Below the pieces are notes generated by a model that saw only the letters and a list, made by a program, of their open reading frames with translations, had not been told where the DNA came from and made no database searches. From IMG/VR virus record IMGVR_UViG_3300047175_000146, positions 1 to 62,811 of that record: a stretch of DNA of 62,811 nt. One strand, given 5' to 3'. Shown in pieces: positions 33,237-41,327 of the stretch. Positions within the stretch are counted from its first letter, which is position 1. The number at the start of each line of letters is the position of its first letter. The DNA comes from a virus. The position numbers and the translations under genes were made by a program.

Positions 33237-34907
33237 GTGTACGACCTGCTCAACGGCGATACTCTGGCGCCGAAGCCCGAACTGTCGCGGTCTCATATCC
33301 AGCAATCATTGACGGAAGTGGTGGCCGAGCAGCGCCGGCGCTCGTTCGTCAAATTCGCGCAGCGCGCATGGACACAACTGCTGCCGACCCCGCCGATCTG
33401 GAATTGGCACATGGATGCCATCTGCGAGCATCTGGCGTACCTGTCGCTGGGCTACATCCGATTCCTGATGATCAACATCGTCCCGCGCCACTCCAAAACG
33501 TTGCTCGCCAACGTCCTGTGGCCCGCCTGGCACTGGCTGCACAACCCGGGCGAGCAGTTCCTATGCGCAAGCGTCGATCAGCAGCTCGCCAACGATGCCT
33601 CGATCTTGAATCGCCGTCTGCTCGAGTCGCCGTGGTACCAGGGCCAGTGGCCCAACCAGATCATCCTGTTCGACGACGAAAACACGATCGGCATGTTCCG
33701 CAACCGCAAAGGCGGCTACCGCATGACCGCTTCGTTGCAGAGCCGCATCACGGGCGTCGGCGGCACCGTCCAGATCCTCGACGATCCGCACGATGCCAAA
33801 AAAGTGGAGTCCGACGCGGTGCGCCATTCGGCGCTCGCGTGGCACGACAACGCCTGGCGCTCGCGCGTCAATGATTACAACATCATCCGCAAGGTCTACA
33901 TCGGCCAGCGCACCCACGACTTGGACATCTTCGGCCACGTGCTCGAGCAAGAGGGCAAACGTTGGTGCCACCTGATACTGCCCTTGGAGTTCGATCCGAA
34001 GCGCATTTGCATTACCTATCGCAACGACGGCACGGGTGCGAAAACCGAGTTGCCGCCGATCTTCAAAGATCCGCGCACCCAGCCGAACGAAATTCTTGAT
34101 CCCAAACGCATGAACAAGGCGGCGGTCGAGAGTGAAAAGGCCGCCATGTCGGAGCGTGCGTGGCAAGCGCAGATGAACCAATCGCCGGTCGGCGAGGGCG
34201 GCCTCATCTTCAAGCGCCACTGGTGGCGGCCGTGGAAGGAGCCTGAATGGCGGGCCAACCGGGACAAGGAGCGGCCGATGCCGGCGTTCTCCGAAATCAT
34301 CCAAGTTTGGGACACGGCGCTCGAGGAGGCGCAAGAGAACGATTTTTCAGCCTGCACCACCTGGGGATTGTTCGATCACACCGAGGTGTATTGGGACGAG
34401 AATTCCGGGCGGCCGCTGCAAGGCCAGCGCCGCACCGCCGGCATGCTCATCGACGCCTTCCAAGAGCGCCTGACCTACCCGGACCTGCGCGAGCACGCCA
34501 TCCGCCTGCACCAGGAGTTTGCCCCGACGTGGATCTTGGTCGAGAAAAAGGTTTCAGGGCATAGTCTGGTTCAGGAACTGCGCAAGAAGCGCCTGCCCGT
34601 CAAGGCGGTCAATCTGGCGGGCAGCAGCGGCCGCGCCGGTCAACAGGGGGATCTCATTGCCCGGGCAAACGCGGCGTCTTTGATGCTGGAGAAGGGTTGC
34701 ATCTGGTATCCGCTGCGCCCTTTTGCGTACCAGGTCATCGATGAGGCTTCGAAGTTCCCGAACGGCGATCACGACGATTACGTGTCCACGCTGGTGATCG
34801 CCTTCATGTACATGCGCCGCTATCACGACCTCACGCTGCCGGACGACGAAAAGGACGAGATCAGCCCCTGGGCGTGGAAATCCCGCCCGCGCAAGCGCTA
34901 TGCCTGA
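33237..34907 (+). CDS. terL: Terminase large subunit
   Basis: 'WNWHMDAICEHL...LMINIVPRHSKT' (Walker-A-like), 'VQILDDPHDAKKVESD' (Walker B/coupling), 'YIGQRTHDLDIFGHV', and a C-terminal RNaseH-like 'IIQVWDTALEE...DFSACTTWG...DHDDYVSTLVIA'. Confidence 0.85.
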   Translation: MYDLLNGDTLAPKPELSRSHIQQSLTEVVAEQRRRSFVKFAQRAWTQLLPTPPIWNWHMDAICEHLAYLSLGYIRFLMINIVPRHSKTLLANVLWPAWHWLHNPGEQFLCASVDQQLANDASILNRRLLESPWYQGQWPNQIILFDDENTIGMFRNRKGGYRMTASLQSRITGVGGTVQILDDPHDAKKVESDAVRHSALAWHDNAWRSRVNDYNIIRKVYIGQRTHDLDIFGHVLEQEGKRWCHLILPLEFDPKRICITYRNDGTGAKTELPPIFKDPRTQPNEILDPKRMNKAAVESEKAAMSERAWQAQMNQSPVGEGGLIFKRHWWRPWKEPEWRANRDKERPMPAFSEIIQVWDTALEEAQENDFSACTTWGLFDHTEVYWDENSGRPLQGQRRTAGMLIDAFQERLTYPDLREHAIRLHQEFAPTWILVEKKVSGHSLVQELRKKRLPVKAVNLAGSSGRAGQQGDLIARANAASLMLEKGCIWYPLRPFAYQVIDEASKFPNGDHDDYVSTLVIAFMYMRRYHDLTLPDDEKDEISPWAWKSRPRKRYA

Positions 34908-35123
34908 TCCCGGCAGATGGGTGTTCTGGCGGCAATGGGCCACAAGCCTGCCGCGCACGGGAGGGAGCGTCGCAGTGGCCTCATGCCAAACCAAAAATAC
35001 GCCTCCTCCTGCAGATGTTCGGACACATGATCGACGGCGCCGTCGCGCAGCACGCCGACGAGGTTGCCATTGTGTTTCACTTCGAACCGCGCTTGAGCGT
35101 CCATGGGCGCGAAGTGTAACAGT

Positions 35124-35140
35124 CTGTCAGCCGCTGTCAG
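35124..35140 (+). promoter_or_regulatory. Recurrent 17-nt intergenic element, copy 2 (CTGTCAGCCGCTGTCAG)
   Basis: Lies in the non-coding gap after terL, 75 nt upstream of ATG 35215. Confidence 0.45.
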
Positions 35141-35214
35141 CCACGACGCCTGTAAGACGCCACCGCATCGCTGTATCGGACGATGCGTCGTTTGCGGTAA
35201 GGTTGCGCTCGCCC

Positions 35215-35751
35215 ATGACCGACCATGACCAGCGTGAGATCGAGGAGAATGCAGACTTGAGGCGACTCCTCGAGGAGATCAGGCGCTTCAGGTGCGCCCT
35301 TGAGTGCCTTGTCGACGAGTTGCGCCACGTTGGATCGGTCACACCCCCTTCCGCCTGCTCGATTGCAGGCACCTTCATTCAAGGAGTTTCCGCCATGTCG
35401 ACTGCCGTTATTGTTGCCACCATCCCCTCCACTCGAACCGATGGCAGCGTTTTGCTTGCCACTGCGATCGCCTCGATCACTTTCCAAAAACTCCCTGCCG
35501 GTGCGCCTGCCGGCACACTGCCGACGGTGCTCAAGACCAACTCGGAACCTGCCGGTTCGGGATTGGCACCGTCCGACCTGACCTATTCGGACACCAGCGC
35601 CAACGTCGGTGACTCTTACACGGCGTACGTGACCGATACCGCGGGCAATGTGGGTGCGACCTCGGCGCCGTACGTGGCCGCCGTCAGTGTATCGCCGCCG
35701 CCGCTGGCCGCGCCCTCGGCACCCACCATCGCCGGCACATTCACGCCGTAA
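35215..35751 (+). CDS. Hypothetical protein: helical N-terminus plus Ig/FN3-like C-terminal domain (alternative internal start 35395)
   Basis: Open frame with good GC3 from ATG 35215. A strong RBS (aaggag) lies 8 nt before the in-frame ATG 35395. The C-terminal 'TRTDGSVL...GDSYTAYVTDTAGNVGATS' looks FN3-like. Confidence 0.45.
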   Translation: MTDHDQREIEENADLRRLLEEIRRFRCALECLVDELRHVGSVTPPSACSIAGTFIQGVSAMSTAVIVATIPSTRTDGSVLLATAIASITFQKLPAGAPAGTLPTVLKTNSEPAGSGLAPSDLTYSDTSANVGDSYTAYVTDTAGNVGATSAPYVAAVSVSPPPLAAPSAPTIAGTFTP

Positions 35752-35770
35752 CGCTACGGCGTCAAAGAAC

Positions 35771-35806
35771 AGCCGGTCTCGCTTGCGGGGACCGGCTTTA
35801 TTTTGC
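35771..35806. terminator. Bidirectional rho-independent terminator between convergent operons
   Basis: agccggtctc-gcttgcg-gggaccggct forms a 10-bp stem (one G.U pair) with a 7-nt loop, followed by ttattttg. It lies between + gene end 35751 and - gene end 35880. Confidence 0.6.
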
Positions 35807-35879
35807 GAGCCGCCGCCATAGCCCACGGCGCCACGATCTGGAAATGCACGGTGTTGGCAGTTAGACGGGACTGTCATCG

Positions 35880-36818
35880 TCATTCGCATAAGCCGTAAAC
35901 CGAACTGCAACCGCTTGCAGGTTCGAGCCTTATAAAGTCTTGCTGGCGACCACCGTGCGCGGTTTCTGCCCATCGGATTCTCGCGTCGATATTGAGCCGG
36001 TTGAAAATCTGCTCGTGCGTCTCGTCTTCCTCACTGCTGTCGCAGAAAAAGGTAGTCCAGCCCCGCTTAGCCGCCATGCAGATCAGTTGTTCCCATTCGC
36101 GGATTCGGTCAACGTGCGCAGGGCAGCGTTTCGAGATTTCAAGCAGTTCGTTCTTATTGGCGTTAATGCAGGGCATACACCCGACGCGACCCATGCCCAT
36201 CGCGTACAGCGGATTCAGTTTCACACCGCGCCCGGTCACAAAGTCCACCGTCTGCTGGGCGGTCCAAGACGCTATCGGATGCTCGATCATCCAGCCCTCG
36301 GCAGCGCGTTCTGAATCCTTAGCGTCCTTTCGGTTCTGGCTCTCATCGCGCCGGATGCCACGCCAGCTCGATAAGTCCCACCCCTCGGCCAGCCGATCCA
36401 TCATGTAGGCGTCGAGCGGGCGTCGCTTTAGCTCCTGGGTGCAGAACTGCGCTTTGCGACTCGGAAAGCGGCCTTTCCAAAGGCATAGGTCTAAAAACGG
36501 ATTGCCGGTCGGATGCAGAACGCTCAGGGCACGCGCCACGATCTCAGGCGGCACACCTTTGGCTGGCCACTTCGTTTCGACGTACAGCCGCTTACCGGCA
36601 ATCTGGCGCGTGAAGTCTGCCTTCACGGTGATGATTTCACCGAACACCGTGGGCATGTAGTTGTTGACGTACTCAAGCGTCAGTTCATGCTCGTTGCCAG
36701 TATCGGCAAAAATGAACCGGCAGTTCTCCCGGCCCACGCGATCCATAGCAAGGAGCGCAGTCGCGGTGCTGTCTTTGCCGCCCGAAACAGAGACGATGGC
36801 GAGGGGTTTGCCTTTCAC
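35880..36818 (-). CDS. PP-loop ATPase of the PAPS-reductase/DndC-like family
   Basis: 'LAIVSVSGGKDSTATALLAM' (SGGKDS at 36768..36785) is the PP-loop. Also 'GIRRDESQNR', plus Cys motifs 'GCMPC' and C-terminal 'GCSSVYGLCE'. Confidence 0.75.
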   Translation of the reverse strand: MKGKPLAIVSVSGGKDSTATALLAMDRVGRENCRFIFADTGNEHELTLEYVNNYMPTVFGEIITVKADFTRQIAGKRLYVETKWPAKGVPPEIVARALSVLHPTGNPFLDLCLWKGRFPSRKAQFCTQELKRRPLDAYMMDRLAEGWDLSSWRGIRRDESQNRKDAKDSERAAEGWMIEHPIASWTAQQTVDFVTGRGVKLNPLYAMGMGRVGCMPCINANKNELLEISKRCPAHVDRIREWEQLICMAAKRGWTTFFCDSSEEDETHEQIFNRLNIDARIRWAETAHGGRQQDFIRLEPASGCSSVYGLCE

Positions 36819-36848
36819 TTCGCGTTCGCTTCGGTCATCGATTGAGAG

Positions 36849-37445
36849 TCAGACACCCAATTCATGTTGCGGATGCTCCCCTTTGATGACGGCCAAACAA
36901 TCTTCCAACATGTGATCGAACCGGCTCATGCCGCTGCCGTCGATCGAGTCAGCCAAGCCGATCCAATTGCGCAGCCGCAAGGCGGTATTGACGCGGCCGA
37001 CGTGGACCCATTTGCCCATCATCTTGGCGGCCTTCGCCACGGCCAGGGCTTGCGGGCTTGATTTGAACGGCGTGCTGCCGCCGATAAACACGCAGCGGAA
37101 GCGCTCCCAAGGTATCGGCCAATTCTCTATACCGTCCTGAATGACCAGCGCAAGCGGAACGTCTGGCATCTTGGGCGCGAAGTAATCGAACAGTTCTAGC
37201 GTCCTAGCGGCGTCGCCTACGATATCGGGACAGCAGGCCCACAGCGGGCAGTCGCCTTCGGTTTCAGTCAGCAGCCGTTCCCATGTGGCGCGCTCAAAGG
37301 TCTTGAAGCAGCCGTTGTCCAGGCCATAAGGAACCGGCGCCCGCGAATAGGCGGTGAGCGGCGTTCGCAGTTGCCAGAACTCAAAGCCGTATCGCTCGGT
37401 ATATTCAGCGATCTTGGCCGGCGAGCAGTCGAGCATGATTTTCAC
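36849..37445 (-). CDS. TGT-superfamily / DpdA-like DNA transglycosylase candidate (tentative)
   Basis: Ordered motifs parallel TGT TIM-barrel landmarks: 'GLDNGCFK' (cf. DSGGFQ), 'LALVIQDG' (cf. IVQGG), 'VFIGGST' (cf. aiGGl), 'VHVGRV' (cf. lmGvG), 'ADSIDGSGMSR' (cf. DmFDcv.PTR). The protein is 198 aa. Confidence 0.45.
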   Translation of the reverse strand: MKIMLDCSPAKIAEYTERYGFEFWQLRTPLTAYSRAPVPYGLDNGCFKTFERATWERLLTETEGDCPLWACCPDIVGDAARTLELFDYFAPKMPDVPLALVIQDGIENWPIPWERFRCVFIGGSTPFKSSPQALAVAKAAKMMGKWVHVGRVNTALRLRNWIGLADSIDGSGMSRFDHMLEDCLAVIKGEHPQHELGV

Positions 37446-37474
37446 CCGTCAACCATGCACATTCATGTCACCCC

Positions 37475-37666
37475 TCAGGCGAACAGATCCTGCTGCGGCT
37501 GTTCCTGCTTTTGCCGGTATTTGTGACCTGGCAACTGGTGGAACTTACGCCAAAAGCAGCGCGCTGCAGCTTCGCAATCTGCAGGCTGAACACAATGCGG
37601 CGACCACTCCTTGCCGGTATAGACGCCATCCTCACGGACTTCGGTGCACGGTTTCAGGGAAGGCAT
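37475..37666 (-). CDS. Small Cys-containing hypothetical protein
   Basis: 63-aa ORF overlapping the end of the repeat-protein gene, in operon context. Confidence 0.35.
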   Translation of the reverse strand: MPSLKPCTEVREDGVYTGKEWSPHCVQPADCEAAARCFWRKFHQLPGHKYRQKQEQPQQDLFA

Positions 37667-38391
37667 TCGCCGATGATCTCGCGCTGCAAGGCGCCGAACT
37701 TCTCTTCATCGCCGATCGTCTCGCCGATGAGCGCCACCACCCACAGACGATCGCCCTTCCATGCCGGCGGGATCAGCGTTGCGTGCAGCGCGCCGCTCGA
37801 GCAGAGATTCAATGGTCCTTTGACGGTGTGCACCACGCCGGGCTTCGCAGGCTCAAGGCGCTGGCCATGAATTGCGGTGCCGTCTTTCTTCGAGTGCCAG
37901 AAGCAGATCCTGGCACCCAGCGCATTCAGTTCTTCAAGCCGCGCTCGCTGCGCATCGCTCCACCTCGCTGCAAAAAAAGAGATTGTCTTCGACCAATAAT
38001 AGCCGGAGCCGGAACTGTCGCCGGAGCTGTCGCCGGAGCCGTCGCCGAAGCCGGCGCCGTAGCCGAAGCCGGAGACGTAGCCGTAGCCGGAGCCGTCGCC
38101 GCAGCCGGAGCCGTCGCCGGAGACGTAGCCGTAGCCGGAGCCGTCGCCGGAGACGTAGCCGGAGGCGGAGCCGGCGCCGGAGCCGGCGCCGCAGCCGGAG
38201 CCGTCGCCGTAGCCGGAGCCGTCACCGGCACCGTCGCCGTAGCCGTCGCCGCAGCCGTAGCCGTCGCCGAAGCCGTCGCCGGAGCCGGAGCCGTCGCCGC
38301 AGCCGTAGCCGTCGCCGAAGCCGTCGCCGTAGCCGTCGCCGTAGCCGTAGCCGTCGCTCGGCGCCCATGCAGGCGCCTCGCCGTGAAGCAT
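37654..38391 (-). CDS. Acidic Gly-Asp-Tyr/Ser repeat protein with a globular C-terminal domain
   Basis: TAATG overlap start at 38391 (ORF extends to 38418). About 120 aa of (G-D-G-[YSF]-G) repeats are followed by 'YYWSKTISFFAARWSD...LCSSGALHATLIPPAWKGDRLWVVALIGE'. Confidence 0.6.
   Translation of the reverse strand: MLHGEAPAWAPSDGYGYGDGYGDGFGDGYGCGDGSGSGDGFGDGYGCGDGYGDGAGDGSGYGDGSGCGAGSGAGSASGYVSGDGSGYGYVSGDGSGCGDGSGYGYVSGFGYGAGFGDGSGDSSGDSSGSGYYWSKTISFFAARWSDAQRARLEELNALGARICFWHSKKDGTAIHGQRLEPAKPGVVHTVKGPLNLCSSGALHATLIPPAWKGDRLWVVALIGETIGDEEKFGALQREIIGECLP
38001..38358 (-). repeat. Imperfect tandem 6/18-nt coding repeat tract (gccgtagccggagccgtc-like units)
   Basis: Read directly. It produces repeat ORFs in several frames on both strands. 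Confidence 0.85.
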
Positions 38392-38684
38392 TACGACTTC
38401 CACGGCGCCTTCTCCCACGCCTCGACCGCTTCAGGCGTGCACACCGCGACACTGGTGATGTCGCGCAGTTCGAGGTCCGCCGCGGGCCCGATCCTCGATC
38501 CCGACAACGGTCCGAACTTCGCAAGGCCCAGAAAGCCTTTTTGCTGCGGCGGCCAATAGATGCAATTGCGTGCCGCGCGCAGTTTGATGATCGCGCCCTC
38601 GGTCTCCATCGCGTAGCCAAAAAACACTCCGCGATGGCTGGTCGTCACCAGCACTGCGCGTTCCTGTTGCTCTTTATTTATCAC
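38391..38684 (-). CDS. Hypothetical protein
   Basis: 97-aa ORF 'MINKEQQERAVLVTTSHRGVFFGYAMETEGAIIKLRAARNCIYWPP...' with RBS 'aggagaccgaag' before the GTG/ATG region. Confidence 0.55.
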   Translation of the reverse strand: MINKEQQERAVLVTTSHRGVFFGYAMETEGAIIKLRAARNCIYWPPQQKGFLGLAKFGPLSGSRIGPAADLELRDITSVAVCTPEAVEAWEKAPWKS

Positions 38685-38774
38685 TTCGGTCTCCTATGTT
38701 GATCAGCGTTCGGGCACGTCGCGAAATGCGATTCGACCAATAATAGCCGTAGCCGGAGCCGCACTAAACGATCA

Positions 38775-40166
38775 CTAGCCTCCCGCGGCCTGGCGCGCGA
38801 GGTAGTGGGCTTTCACGAACGCACCATACGGTGTCGGCGTACCCGAGGAGTCCGTGATCAAGATGAACGAACTGACTCCAGTCCATGCGTCCCAGGTCCA
38901 AGCAAAGTAGCTTACGCCGGGGAAGCTCGCCCCCGCTGCGCCCATCGACTGCGCAGCCCTTCCACCCGGATCCGCCCAGCCATACAAGCTCGCCGAATCG
39001 GTAGTCTGGGTGTTCTGATCGCCATACTCCGTGACCAGGATCGGGATGCCCTTGTTGAGCACCACGTTGGCGCCGGATTCGAACTTCGATCCGTTGTAAT
39101 AATGAAGGCCACCGGCGATCTGCGGCGGGTTGAGCGTGTCTTTTGCTGGGAACCAACCTGGCGGGTTATCGACGTACCCTGTCTCCGCCGATTTGTTGTT
39201 ACCAAATGTGCTGGCGTAGTTGAGGCCGTCTTGGATGATCACGTTGGTGGCGCCAGTCGCTCGAATAGCGTTCACCATTGCCTGGCAGTTGGTGTCGTAG
39301 TTGGACGACAGTTGCCCATTGACGTAGTTGTTCCAGTCGGCGGTTGTGGGCGGGTAGTTGCCCTGCGGTTCATTGAATAGCTCGAACATCACGGCCGGGT
39401 TTCCCTTGAACGTATTGGCAACTTCGGTCCAGAAGTCGAGCGAGTGCGCGCTGTCGGCCATCGCGTTCTGACCTTGAGGACAGATATCGTTACCGACGAC
39501 GACCCAGTGCAGATCCAAGATCACATACATGCCGTTGGCAACGGCGTTGGCTACCGCTGCTTTTACCGTTGCCTGGTAGACCGCCGGCGTCACCCCATTG
39601 GCAAGAGTCTGGCTGCAAAGTCCGAGCCAGTTTGCTTCGCCCAACGGCAAGCGCACGGCGTTGACTCCCCACGATTTGATCGCTGCCCAGTTGGGAGTCT
39701 GCCCGCGCCATGGGTCATTGGGGAACGGCGTGCCTTCGAGGCTCGATATGTTCACCCCTCGCAATTGGATCGGCTTTCCGCTCCCATTGACGATGTTATT
39801 ACCGACGACCTTCACACCGAAAACTGGCGGAGGCGCCGGAGTTGGTGCGGGTGCCGGGGTCGGAGTAGGCGCCGGCGCAGTGGCGAATGGCGATGTGACC
39901 TCGGTCCACTGAGAGATCACCAGTTCATAGCAGGTACCCTGAGCATTGATCTGGTAAAAGTTTCCGCCCGAGATCCCGATCGCGGCGACGCCCGCCGTGG
40001 AGAGATCCGGTGCACCGTTCATTGTCACCTGGCCCGCTGAGTTGATTCCGCGCACCACGCCATCAGCAGTCGTAATGGTCTGGTTGCTTCCAGCCTTTAC
40101 GACTGTGCCGTCTTTGGTGGGCACTACCGGGGTCCACACCCCATTGACATATAAGTTTGTAGCCAC
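38775..40166 (-). CDS. Glycoside hydrolase family 5 (cellulase-type) enzyme with N-terminal domain and Pro/Thr/Ala linker
   Basis: 'WGVNAVRLP', 'GMYVILDLHW' and 'VMFELFNEP' (NEP at 39366..39374) are GH5 landmarks. The linker is 'APAPTPTPAPAPTPAPPP'. A strong RBS AGGAGG lies 7 nt before the GTG start. No signal peptide. Confidence 0.85.
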   Translation of the reverse strand: MATNLYVNGVWTPVVPTKDGTVVKAGSNQTITTADGVVRGINSAGQVTMNGAPDLSTAGVAAIGISGGNFYQINAQGTCYELVISQWTEVTSPFATAPAPTPTPAPAPTPAPPPVFGVKVVGNNIVNGSGKPIQLRGVNISSLEGTPFPNDPWRGQTPNWAAIKSWGVNAVRLPLGEANWLGLCSQTLANGVTPAVYQATVKAAVANAVANGMYVILDLHWVVVGNDICPQGQNAMADSAHSLDFWTEVANTFKGNPAVMFELFNEPQGNYPPTTADWNNYVNGQLSSNYDTNCQAMVNAIRATGATNVIIQDGLNYASTFGNNKSAETGYVDNPPGWFPAKDTLNPPQIAGGLHYYNGSKFESGANVVLNKGIPILVTEYGDQNTQTTDSASLYGWADPGGRAAQSMGAAGASFPGVSYFAWTWDAWTGVSSFILITDSSGTPTPYGAFVKAHYLARQAAGG

Positions 40167-40230
40167 AAATAAACCTCCTGAAGTTAATCGCCTAGGTCAA
40201 GTCTCGCGACTGCGCCTTCTCCCACGCTCG

Positions 40231-40401
40231 TCATGGCACCCGAAGCTCACGGCGGTAGCGTTCGTACTCGGCGGACGCCCAAGCCTGCTGCGAATCGACC
40301 TTATCGATCTGCGCCTGCACACGTTCCTGGTCGCGCACTTGCGACCTCCATGCGCTCAACATGATCAGGGCCGCCGACAACAACAATATCTTGTTCTTCA
40401 T
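40231..40401 (-). CDS. Small secreted/membrane protein
   Basis: 'MKNKILLLSAALIMLSAW...' has a signal-like N-terminus and lies within ORF 40231..40635, with RBS gagg upstream. Confidence 0.45.
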   Translation of the reverse strand: MKNKILLLSAALIMLSAWRSQVRDQERVQAQIDKVDSQQAWASAEYERYRRELRVP

Positions 40402-40415
40402 TTCGTGCATTTCCT

Positions 40416-40985
40416 CTACATGAATCGAATGAGCCTCGAGGTGTCCACCGTGATGGCCGTGAAACTCGGCGGCATTCGAAGTCTGCCGTGCAGCGCCAAT
40501 TCCAGGAGTTTCACCGTACGCGCGACGTCGGACAGGCAATAATCGGTCAATTGCCCGTACCGCCGTTGCTGCCACAGGATGGGTGCCAGCGCGCCCGCGC
40601 CATCTGCCTTGGCCGCGATGCCATTGGCCAGACACGCATCGGATAGTTTCATTCGCGCCACGCCGGCTGCAGTACTGACAGTCCTCATCAGGTCGTAGCC
40701 GTTGGCGATAGGAATATCGTGGGCGGCGAGCAGCGGCTCATCGAAAGCGTCGCTATTCCAGCCCACCATCAGATTGAGCGGATCGGCCGCCAGGGCTTTC
40801 AGTTCAGCCAGGTTGTCTTCCATGAAAATGCGAAACCCTGTCCCAAAAACGAACGCACACACCACCGAAATCCCCATGCCCACCTTGTCGCCCCACGATG
40901 CCGCATAATCGATACCGGGTTGTGCGGTCTCACCGTGCTTCATGACGGATTTGCGGGTTTCGCAGTCGTAAACGATCAGGCTCAT
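40416..40985 (-). CDS. DEDD-family 3'-5' exonuclease
   Basis: Exo I 'LIVYDCET', Exo II 'VGWNSDAFDEPLL', Exo III 'YCLSDVARTVKL'. Confidence 0.75.
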   Translation of the reverse strand: MSLIVYDCETRKSVMKHGETAQPGIDYAASWGDKVGMGISVVCAFVFGTGFRIFMEDNLAELKALAADPLNLMVGWNSDAFDEPLLAAHDIPIANGYDLMRTVSTAAGVARMKLSDACLANGIAAKADGAGALAPILWQQRRYGQLTDYCLSDVARTVKLLELALHGRLRMPPSFTAITVDTSRLIRFM

Positions 40986-40997
40986 CGGCGCTCACCC

Positions 40998-41327
40998 TCA
41001 CTCATCATCGCACCCGGGCTCGCGTTCCGGCATCTCAAGCGGCAATGGGCTCGCATGCCGTTCGCACACCTCTTTGGCCTGCTGCGCGCTCGCGAGCGCC
41101 ACGCCGATCACCGAATGCGGCTGGATCTTGGCGGTGTAGCGCGCCTTCTCGCCCTCGCCGTGACGTTCGATTGAAAACCGGCCGCACATCGACACCAGGC
41201 GCTTATCGCTGTCCTTGCGCCAGCGAAGCGCGGCCGTGACCTTGGGGAAATTGCGGCGGATGCGCTTGCGCGCCTCGGCTAGGCGATGCTCCAACAGGTC
41301 CTCATTGCCCGGTGCCGAACGTGTCAT
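40998..41327 (-). CDS. Hypothetical protein
   Basis: 109-aa ORF in the leftward operon. Confidence 0.5.
   Translation of the reverse strand: MTRSAPGNEDLLEHRLAEARKRIRRNFPKVTAALRWRKDSDKRLVSMCGRFSIERHGEGEKARYTAKIQPHSVIGVALASAQQAKEVCERHASPLPLEMPEREPGCDDE

Noticed and set aside
34898-35104. 68-aa minus-strand ORF overlapping the terL stop
   Set aside because: It is isolated on the minus strand between + strand genes with no RBS noticed. Its N-terminal half looks protein-like, so it is not excluded, but there is too little support to annotate it.
35905-35925. tRNA-like T-arm string GGTTCGAGCC
   Set aside because: The flanks cannot form a T-stem or the rest of a cloverleaf, and the string lies inside the PAPS-reductase-like gene. 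No other tRNA-like sequence was noticed.
38001-38358. Possible CRISPR array or non-coding satellite
   Set aside because: The units are 6-18 nt, contiguous with no spacers, and lie inside an ORF.
37354-38702. Plus-strand ORFs across the repeat tract (Ala/Val/Gly repeats in 37354..38559; Arg/Ser repeats in 37872..38702)
   Set aside because: These are alternative-frame read-outs of the same DNA repeats. Only the minus-strand frame joins to globular-looking flanks and fits the operon (TAATG coupling to the upstream gene).
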